In this document: positions 6,229-11,207 of the stretch, one piece after another
How the letters are laid out: every line of letters starts with the position of its first letter
Numbering within the stretch: the stretch's first letter is position 1
Assembly: GCA_028693335.1 (NCBI GenBank)
Contig: JAQUVR010000014.1
Span: 1-11,207 of the forward strand
Reading direction: 5' to 3'
DNA length: 11,207 nucleotides
Origin: Candidatus Iainarchaeum sp.
GTDB lineage: Archaea > Iainarchaeota > Iainarchaeia > Iainarchaeales > CSSED10-239
Translations under genes and position numbers: made by a program
The notes under the pieces: model-generated
The model's database searches: none
What the model was told of the DNA's origin: nothing
Seen by the model: the letters and a program-made list of their open reading frames with translations, nothing else

Positions 6229-8355
6229 TTATTCAAAGCCATATATTGGAATAAAAGGAAAATCAAATGTTTTTGATGACCCATTATCTAAAGTAATTGT
6301 TCCTTTAATTTTATATTGTTGTCCTGAACAATATGCTTTTGAATCAGTAACTTCACTTAATAAAACATTATATCTTGGAGAAAACAATTTATCTTTTGAT
6401 AAAACATATTCATATACAGCAGGATCTGAAAATCTTTGACTTATTGTTCCAGTAATTTGAGAATTATTTGTATAAACTACATATTCTTCACTTGGCAATA
6501 AGTGATTTGGTTTAAAGATCTGCCCATTTTCTTTAAGATAATATATTTTTAAATCTCCAGCATTAATTGTTCCAGAATTATTAGAATAAATTGTATAGGT
6601 GTCATCCACCCTATTTAGATTAGTTAATTCTAATGCATCACAAATCGGACAAGTAATTGCTGGTCTATTAAAGACAAGTATTCTTGATTTATCATAATCA
6701 AAATCATTTAGAAAGTGATCTGTATTGGCAGAATTAATAGTTAATTGGCCTGTTTGATATTCTAATCTTTTTAATCCAGATGATTTTATATAACAGGCAT
6801 TGATCTCTATTTTTGTATTGTCTATTTGATATGCAGAAATTGTTTTTAACTTCTTTGGAAGATAACTTCCACTTGAAAGATAATTTATTTTAATTTCTCC
6901 TGGACTGAATTGAGTTTCTGGAGAATTTGATGTACAACTTAGATAATCGGCAGTATCTTTTATGGTTTGATTAACTCTACTAATTATTTCTATTCCTCTA
7001 TTATTATTTTCTAAATAATTAATATTAATATCTCCGACAATGCCTGGAACTCCAAAATAACATGGATAAGAAGAACTATAAATCCCCTTTTTGCCAGATA
7101 AGATATTTATTAAAACATTCTTGTGATTATTTATAAAATTTGAAATATTTAAACTTCCAACAGAGCCACCATTACCACCATAATTATAAGATCCATCACT
7201 AACTTTTGCTCCTGCGTTACCGCCATTTCCGGCATTTATAAAGAAAAATAAATTTCCATCTAGTATTAAATCTACAATATTAATATCAAAAATATTTCCA
7301 CCATTGCCACCTAAACTACTATCCCCAGAAGTATCTGAACTACAATTATTTGTGCCTGCAGAACCACCATTACCACCATTACCAGTTAATAAACTTATAT
7401 TAAAAGCAGTTTCTGGTTTAGAATTAATTTTTGAAACATTAAAATCAATGGAACCAGCATCAGCACCGTTACCACCTGGTCTTGGCTCTCCTGGACAAAA
7501 CCAACCACCACCTTCTCTAGAGCCTTTGCCGCCATTGCCACCATTACCTGACTTTAAATTTAATAAAAATAAAGCATCTTCTCTCAAATCAATAAAATTA
7601 ATTTGAATATTTGCATCTCCACCAATTCCGCCATTTCCGCCATCTTTATTCTTTTTTTTCTTACCATCAGATCCTTTACCACCATCTCCTGCTATTAGAT
7701 CTAATCTTAAATTCCCATAATTTTTAATTTGATTACAATCAAATAATGCGGGACCACCTGACACACCTGAATAGGTGGCATCATAGTTATCACCAGGGCT
7801 GCTTGCGTTTTTTGAAATAATGCTTAAATTAAAATCAGAATTTTGATCTATAAATAAATTATTAGCATTCATCTTTATTCCGTGTGCTGGCCAATATGAT
7901 GAATCACTTGACCATGATCTTTCTGCTTCTAAAACATAAAATGCAGATCTATTCTGCATACTTGAATAAATGTCTGCATTAATATCAATTGTTGTTAATC
8001 TAACAACATTATCCAAATTATCAACATTAATAGTTAAATTTGCATTATTTCTAAATTCTATTACATCCATACCAGAAACAACATAATTATCTCTAGATCC
8101 AGAAATATTTATTGTCTTGTCGCTATCAATCACAAAAACAATTTTTTTATTTTCACAGTTTTGTGGTTGTAATTTTAATTCAGAATTATCTATTAAAGAT
8201 ACATTTAATATAACTTCAACATTATCACCAATAATTTGAGAAGATAAAAACGTGCTCAAACTTTGATCTGTAATAGAAACTGTACATCCAAAAATATCTG
8301 CACTAAATATAATTATCAAAAACAAAACTATTATTTTTAATTTTTTATAAATCAT
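6229..8355 (-). CDS. Secreted (possibly lipid-anchored) Gly/Asn-rich repeat protein, 708 aa, predicted beta-solenoid
   Basis: This complete ORF is in the supplied track and ends in TAA. The N-terminus MIYKKLKIIVLFLIIIFSADIFGC has the form of a signal peptide. The central part carries GNGGNGG repeats and many alternating hydrophobic-x-hydrophobic-x-N strands (TINISG, LTINVDN, IQINFIDL, IFDINIVDL). There is no C-terminal hydrophobic tail. Confidence 0.9.
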   Translation of the reverse strand: MIYKKLKIIVLFLIIIFSADIFGCTVSITDQSLSTFLSSQIIGDNVEVILNVSLIDNSELKLQPQNCENKKIVFVIDSDKTINISGSRDNYVVSGMDVIEFRNNANLTINVDNLDNVVRLTTIDINADIYSSMQNRSAFYVLEAERSWSSDSSYWPAHGIKMNANNLFIDQNSDFNLSIISKNASSPGDNYDATYSGVSGGPALFDCNQIKNYGNLRLDLIAGDGGKGSDGKKKKNKDGGNGGIGGDANIQINFIDLREDALFLLNLKSGNGGNGGKGSREGGGWFCPGEPRPGGNGADAGSIDFNVSKINSKPETAFNISLLTGNGGNGGSAGTNNCSSDTSGDSSLGGNGGNIFDINIVDLILDGNLFFFINAGNGGNAGAKVSDGSYNYGGNGGSVGSLNISNFINNHKNVLINILSGKKGIYSSSYPCYFGVPGIVGDININYLENNNRGIEIISRVNQTIKDTADYLSCTSNSPETQFSPGEIKINYLSSGSYLPKKLKTISAYQIDNTKIEINACYIKSSGLKRLEYQTGQLTINSANTDHFLNDFDYDKSRILVFNRPAITCPICDALELTNLNRVDDTYTIYSNNSGTINAGDLKIYYLKENGQIFKPNHLLPSEEYVVYTNNSQITGTISQRFSDPAVYEYVLSKDKLFSPRYNVLLSEVTDSKAYCSGQQYKIKGTITLDNGSSKTFDFPFIPIYGFE
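7021..7770 (-). repeat. Four to five tandem protein repeats of ~44-55 aa (aa ~196-445). Each has two Gly/Asn-rich turns and two short beta-strand-like segments.
   Basis: R1: LIAGDGGKGSDGKKKKNKDGGNGGIGGDANIQINFIDLREDALFLLNL. R2: KSGNGGNGGKGSREGGGWFCPGEPRPGGNGADAGSIDFNVSKINSKPETAFNISL. R3: LTGNGGNGGSAGTNNCSSDTSGDSSLGGNGGNIFDINIVDLILDGNLFFFIN. R4: AGNGGNAGAKVSDGSYNYGGNGGSVGSLNISNFINNHKNVLINI. A degenerate fifth copy follows: LSGKKGIYSSSYPCYFGVPGIVGDININYL. At DNA level, CCATTnCCnCC-type motifs recur at about 7165, 7217, 7297, 7363, 7466, 7523 and 7619. The line 7501..7560 is about 50% G+C. Confidence 0.85.
8284..8355 (-). other. Signal peptide of the 708-aa protein, with a possible lipobox-like I-F-G-C (Cys24)
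   Basis: The region has KK, then a 14-residue hydrophobic core, then SADIFG|C. Phe at position -2 is atypical for a lipobox, so lipidation is only a possibility. Confidence 0.5.
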
Positions 8356-8365
8356 AATTATTCAT

Positions 8366-10156
8366 TTATTTATAAAGTTTATAGGGATAAATTAATCTAA
8401 TTAAATCATTTTCATAAGTCAGATTTGAATCAATCGCATAGATACTGTTGTCGCCTATGTAATTACTATTAATTTCTGTTTGATTATAAATTTTAAATTT
8501 AGAATTATTTATCTTTAATAACAACTGTGCATTAAATTGAAATTTCTTTAAATTGTTATCATACATCAATAATTTTGGATTTGAAAGATTAGGAACAATA
8601 TTATCTAAAGGAAATATTTTACTAATATTACCAAATAAAACAGGATTTGCAAACTTTTCATTAGACATATTTAGATAAGAGGTATAAGAATTTGAAGAAT
8701 AATTTACTGCATTACAAGTGTTTTTATGAAAATTAAATATTTTGTTATTTTCTAAATTAGAAATTCCAACAGCATTAAGATCTAAATTATTAGAGTAATT
8801 GAAAAAAGAATACACATTATAATCTGCATTAGCTGGTTTATTTAAACTTTCAGAACAAGTAGTAAAATAAACAATATTGCCTTTTTTATTATTTAATATC
8901 TTTGGATAATTAATACCTGCAAAATTTTCAAAGAAAAAAGAAGTACTTGCTGTTTGAATAGATGATAAAATATTTATTTCTGATTTTTTTGAATTTATTT
9001 CTATTTCGCCATTATTTATTATAGATTTAAAAATAATAGAGTCATTTAAAATTTGTTCAATTACAAAATATTGAATCTCTGGAAACCACAGATTTGATAT
9101 AGAGCAAGAATCAGAAGTGCCTTCTGCATTATATATATATAAAATATATTCATTTTCTTCTAAATTTGAAAAACTACTATCATCACACAGTTCACAAGGG
9201 CCCCCACAATCTATTCCTTCTTCTCCAAATATTGGATCAAACGCTTCATTTTCACAATGTTCTGGTAAACTCACACTATCTTCTGAAGTTGGAGAATTAG
9301 CAAAATAAAAATATTTTCTAGGACAAGAAACTAATGATGGATAAACATAATTATAATTTAAACCTGATAAAGAAGAATAATTTTGAACAATATAATTTTT
9401 AATATTTGTAAATATATGCAGTTTTGAATTTTGGGAAATATAAATCTCAGTGTTAGAAAAATCAATACTATCTGAACCAATAACTAAAGGGTTTTCCCTA
9501 GCAGTCTTTATACTTGGAAAAAAATAACCTAGTTGATTATTATTATTTGTATAATAATAATGATTTTCTAAAGTTCTCATAAAATTAATATCATTATTAG
9601 ACATAAAATTAATTACAAGCTTGGATCCGTTTCCAGAAATATTTATTTTGGAAATATTACTTTTTAATAATATTCTTGAATGATTGTCTGGCAAAGAAGA
9701 AACAACACCAGCAAACATATTTTTGTAATATCTTAAAAATTGAAATGTCTTACCATTAGATACATCTAATTCTTTAAAATTTAATATTAATCCTTCTTTT
9801 GATAAATTTCTGTTGTCTGGAATTAAAACTGTTGCAGATCTCTCAGATATTAAAAGTCTTATATTGTTTTGAATATTACCAAATTCATCCTTTATATATA
9901 TATTATTAGATCTTAAAATAAAATAATCCGCAACAGAATCTAATTTACAAGTAACTATATCAGAAATTAAATTAATATCTGTAACTACACATGTTGCTGG
10001 ATTGTCTGTCAATTCTATATTATTTAAATTAAATGCATTAATATTAATATAAAGACCATTTATTATCAATTGATCATTAATTTCTAAAGAGAACACAGAA
10101 TTACATAAAACAATTAAAAATAAACTTATGATTACTAATTTTAATGATCTAAACAT
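8366..10156 (-). CDS. Secreted Asn-rich protein of unknown function, 596 aa, with a central four-Cys module
   Basis: This complete ORF is in the supplied track and ends in TAA. The N-terminus MFRSLKLVIISLFLIVLCNSVFS|LEIN has the form of a cleavable signal peptide. A GGAG motif lies 7 nt upstream of the ATG. There is no C-terminal anchor. Confidence 0.9.
   Translation of the reverse strand: MFRSLKLVIISLFLIVLCNSVFSLEINDQLIINGLYININAFNLNNIELTDNPATCVVTDINLISDIVTCKLDSVADYFILRSNNIYIKDEFGNIQNNIRLLISERSATVLIPDNRNLSKEGLILNFKELDVSNGKTFQFLRYYKNMFAGVVSSLPDNHSRILLKSNISKINISGNGSKLVINFMSNNDINFMRTLENHYYYTNNNNQLGYFFPSIKTARENPLVIGSDSIDFSNTEIYISQNSKLHIFTNIKNYIVQNYSSLSGLNYNYVYPSLVSCPRKYFYFANSPTSEDSVSLPEHCENEAFDPIFGEEGIDCGGPCELCDDSSFSNLEENEYILYIYNAEGTSDSCSISNLWFPEIQYFVIEQILNDSIIFKSIINNGEIEINSKKSEINILSSIQTASTSFFFENFAGINYPKILNNKKGNIVYFTTCSESLNKPANADYNVYSFFNYSNNLDLNAVGISNLENNKIFNFHKNTCNAVNYSSNSYTSYLNMSNEKFANPVLFGNISKIFPLDNIVPNLSNPKLLMYDNNLKKFQFNAQLLLKINNSKFKIYNQTEINSNYIGDNSIYAIDSNLTYENDLIRLIYPYKLYK
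9185..9256 (-). other. Compact Cys module C-x15-C-x3-C-x2-C (CENEAFDPIFGEEGIDCGGPCELC, aa 301-324)
   Basis: Read directly from the sequence: GGA GAA GAA GGA ATA GAT TGT GGG GGC CCT TGT GAA CTG TGT. It contains a local G+C spike (gggccccc at 9198..9205) in otherwise AT-rich coding sequence. Confidence 0.8.
10088..10156 (-). other. Signal peptide of the 596-aa protein (aa 1-23)
   Basis: It has Arg/Lys at positions 3 and 5, a hydrophobic core LVIISLFLIVL, and small residues in S-V-F-S before the acidic mature start LEIND. Confidence 0.65.
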
Positions 10157-10163
10157 AAAGTAT

Positions 10164-10167
10164 CTCC
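10164..10167 (-). promoter_or_regulatory. Shine-Dalgarno core GGAG for the 596-aa gene
   Basis: The minus strand reads ...TTTTTGGAGATACTTTATG, with GGAG 7 nt before the ATG at 10156. Confidence 0.55.
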
Positions 10168-10181
10168 AAAAATATATTTAT

Positions 10182-10213
10182 CTATATATATAGTTTTAGA
10201 TATATTTTAAAAA
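10182..10213 (-). promoter_or_regulatory. Candidate promoter with TATA-box-like elements, in the only sizeable intergenic gap
   Basis: The minus strand reads ...AGTAATCTTTTTAAAATATATCTAAAACTATATATATAGATAAATATATTTTTGGAGATACTTTATG. TTTTTAAAATATA (10201..10213) lies 45-57 nt upstream of the ATG. The perfect palindrome CTATATATATAG (10182..10193) lies 26-37 nt upstream. I cannot distinguish an archaeal TATA box from a bacterial -10 element by eye in DNA this AT-rich. Confidence 0.35.
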
Positions 10214-10227
10214 GATTACTTTTTAAT

Positions 10228-10253
10228 AAAAAAAGAAAAGAATTAGAAAAAAA
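10228..10253 (-). terminator. Candidate oligo-T termination signals downstream of the 138-aa gene
   Basis: The minus strand directly after the TAA reads TTATTTTTTTCTAATTCTTTTCTTTTTTTATT, with two T7 runs (A-runs on + at 10247..10253 and 10228..10234). I see no convincing GC-rich hairpin. This would fit archaeal-style oligo-T termination, but it could equally be AT-rich spacer. Confidence 0.3.
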
Positions 10254-10256
10254 TAA

Positions 10257-10673
10257 TTACTTTTCTGCTTCTTCTGTTGTATTATCTTCGGTTGCTTTAC
10301 ATTTACACAAACGACCAATTAGACTATTCTGGCCAACCCATCCACAAAACCAACTACAGATCCCTCTTTGAAAATGAGTGTCAATTTTATCTGGAGTTAT
10401 TCCTTCTTTTTTTAATTGATTTATTATTTCATTTTCAGCATCAATTGCAGAACGAGCATCACTTGATTTTAATATATCTGTATATATCTCTAAATATTCT
10501 TGATTTGTATGTAATGCAACAATATAATTTAACTTCTCATTAGAATCATTTATTACTGCTCTTTTTGCCATACCAGCCCCAATAAAATTACTTAATAAAA
10601 CCCCAAAAATCAACCCAAGTACAAAGAATAAAGCATACATTGGCACTTTTTGACTGTTACCTATTTTTTTCAT
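10257..10673 (-). CDS. Small N-anchored membrane protein, 138 aa, with a helical ectodomain and a C-terminal C-x3-C-x12-C-x-C cluster
   Basis: This complete ORF is in the track and ends in TAA. A strong Shine-Dalgarno motif, AGGAGTGA, lies 9 nt upstream. The TM segment MYALFFVLGLIFGVLLSNFIGAGM (aa 12-35, nt 10569..10640) follows MKKIGNSQK. The Cys cluster GICSWFCGWVGQNSLIGRLCKC is at nt 10299..10358. Confidence 0.8.
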   Translation of the reverse strand: MKKIGNSQKVPMYALFFVLGLIFGVLLSNFIGAGMAKRAVINDSNEKLNYIVALHTNQEYLEIYTDILKSSDARSAIDAENEIINQLKKEGITPDKIDTHFQRGICSWFCGWVGQNSLIGRLCKCKATEDNTTEEAEK

Positions 10674-10682
10674 AGTTTTTAA

Positions 10683-10690
10683 TCACTCCT
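10683..10690 (-). promoter_or_regulatory. Shine-Dalgarno sequence AGGAGTGA for the 138-aa gene
   Basis: The + strand 'tcactcct' at 10683..10690 is AGGAGTGA on the minus strand, 9 nt before the ATG at 10673. It resembles the canonical GGAGGTGA anti-16S-tail motif. Confidence 0.7.
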
Positions 10691-10699
10691 TTTTATTTT

Positions 10700-11207
10700 T
10701 TAATTACCTATAACCCCTAAATCAAAGCCGTCAAAATTTCCAGTATAAATACTATTTTCTGGATATATCTTTGCTGGATTCCAATAATACTCAGATCTTA
10801 GACCATCATCTGAATTGGTTACACAAATATTTCCATTTTCTATATTTTCAAATACAGATCTAATGCTATTAATTCTATTTGTATTTGATAGATCTGGTAT
10901 TGAAATACTTGAAGTCAATGGCTTATTTATGTTTCTTATAAATTTTACTGATGGATCTTGAGTAGATCTAGTAATTAAGGTGTAGTTCTTTGGTGTGCCA
11001 CCTCTAGTATATGGTGTATAAATAATTGTTCTTAAATTTACTTGTCCTCTTCTAGAAACATTCTCCCAATCAACAGCATAACTGTTATATATTTGTTCAT
11101 CTAATCTACTCATTCTGTCTGAGAAATTAACAAACCTTGCTTGAGTTGTGTCTCCTGAAAAGTCTGTATGATCTCCAAACCCTGTCCAAAATAATAAATT
11201 ATTTTGA
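10700..11207 (-). CDS. C-terminal part of a larger protein of unknown function. The 5' end lies beyond the right window edge.
   Basis: The track lists 10700..11113 from an ATG. The same frame stays open for all 31 upstream codons to base 11206 (QNNLLFWTGFGDHTDFSGDTTQARFVNFSDR-MSRLDEQ...). No Shine-Dalgarno-like motif precedes the 11113 ATG, so that Met is probably internal. The stop is TAA at 10700..10702. Confidence 0.75.
   Translation of the reverse strand, partial: QNNLLFWTGFGDHTDFSGDTTQARFVNFSDRMSRLDEQIYNSYAVDWENVSRRGQVNLRTIIYTPYTRGGTPKNYTLITRSTQDPSVKFIRNINKPLTSSISIPDLSNTNRINSIRSVFENIENGNICVTNSDDGLRSEYYWNPAKIYPENSIYTGNFDGFDLGVIGN

Noticed and set aside
6167-6439. A + strand ORF of 90 aa spanning the junction between the giant gene and the 708-aa gene
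   Set aside because: It overlaps the start of the giant gene and the 3' end of the 708-aa gene in antisense. It has no RBS, and its poly-Phe/Ile product (MFCSFFFFLVIH) is the mirror of the Lys/Glu-rich head of the giant protein.
7304-7606. A + strand ORF of 100 aa with a striking proline-rich sequence (PPLPPLP, LPPGLGSPGQNQPPPS)
   Set aside because: It is the antisense reading of the GGNGGNGG repeat codons (GGTGGCAATGG reads as CCATTGCCACC on the other strand). It lies wholly inside the well-supported 708-aa minus-strand gene, so it is a mirror artefact and not a gene.
7021-7770. Assigning the Gly-rich repeats to RTX (GGxGxD), collagen-like (Gly-X-Y) or PE-PGRS families
   Set aside because: There is no nonapeptide periodicity or Asp ladder, no uninterrupted Gly-every-third-residue register, and the ~50-aa unit with hydrophobic strands differs from PGRS runs. 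The resemblance is compositional only.
8363-8365. An alternative ATG in the 10-nt gap upstream of the 708-aa gene (TAA ATGAATAATTATG)
   Set aside because: It is out of frame with the long ORF (offset 10 nt) and would terminate almost immediately.
9117-9308. A + strand ORF of 63 aa
   Set aside because: It is antisense to the Cys-module region of the 596-aa gene and has no independent support.
8366-10156. The very high density of N-x-S/T sequons (NLS, NHS, NIS, NGS, NYS and others) as a specific sign of heavy N-glycosylation
   Set aside because: Asn, Ser and Thr are all strongly over-represented because of AT-rich codon usage, so sequon density is probably compositional. Glycosylation may occur but cannot be inferred from the sequence alone.
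10277-10543. A + strand ORF of 88 aa
   Set aside because: It is antisense to, and wholly inside, the 138-aa minus-strand gene, which has a strong Shine-Dalgarno motif and a coherent TM-plus-domain architecture.
10569-10673. Reading the 138-aa protein as a type IV pilin or archaeal class III signal-peptide protein
   Set aside because: There is no [KR]-G/A followed by Q/A/S-type prepilin peptidase site directly before the hydrophobic segment (the sequence is MKKIGNSQKVPMYALFF). It is better described as a plain signal-anchor.
11111-11113. The ATG at 11113 as the true start of the right-hand gene
   Set aside because: The frame remains open for all 31 codons upstream to the window edge and there is no RBS-like motif, so this is more likely an internal Met of a longer gene.
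1-11207. A diversity-generating retroelement or other mobile-element involvement, considered because giant surface proteins in reduced genomes are frequent DGR targets
   Set aside because: There is no reverse transcriptase, integrase or transposase ORF in any frame. I noticed no long template/variable repeat pair and no terminal inverted repeats. A systematic self-dot-plot would still be worthwhile.
1-11207. tRNA, rRNA, ncRNA genes or a CRISPR array
   Set aside because: Non-coding space totals only about 160 nt. I saw no cloverleaf-like or GC-rich structured segments and no regularly spaced direct repeats.

Overview
This is a very AT-rich window: a typical 60-nt line I counted is about 23% G+C, and I did not compute a global value. 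Gene organisation looks prokaryotic. All credible coding is on the minus strand, as five co-directional, tightly packed genes with gaps of 26, 10, 100 and 26 nt.

The main result is that bases 1..6202 are not empty, although the supplied ORF track shows almost nothing there. Hand translation of the minus strand from the ATG at 6202 gives 2067 uninterrupted sense codons that run off the left edge. This is a giant surface protein with three parts:
- a lysine-rich cytoplasmic head
- one N-in transmembrane anchor
- a stalk of at least five tandem prealbumin/CarboxypepD_reg-like beta-sandwich domains, followed by about 1300 aa I cannot assign

The genes transcriptionally upstream of it (higher + coordinates) are:
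- a 708-aa secreted, possibly lipid-anchored protein. Its core is a Gly/Asn-rich (GNGGNGG) repeat of about 44-55 aa that looks like a beta-solenoid.
- a 596-aa secreted Asn-rich protein with a compact four-Cys module (CENEAFDPIFGEEGIDCGGPCELC)
- a 138-aa N-anchored membrane protein with a C-terminal four-Cys cluster
- the C-terminal part of a further gene, which runs off the right edge

I see no enzymes, housekeeping genes, RNA genes, CRISPR arrays or mobile-element genes. All four stops in the window are TAA. Trp is encoded by TGG and no in-frame TGA occurs, so the standard code applies.

My interpretation is a cell-surface or host-attachment gene island from an AT-rich archaeon or reduced-genome symbiont, such as a DPANN-like or Methanobacteriales-like lineage. 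That taxonomic guess is inference only. All domain calls come from motif recognition by eye, with no database search.
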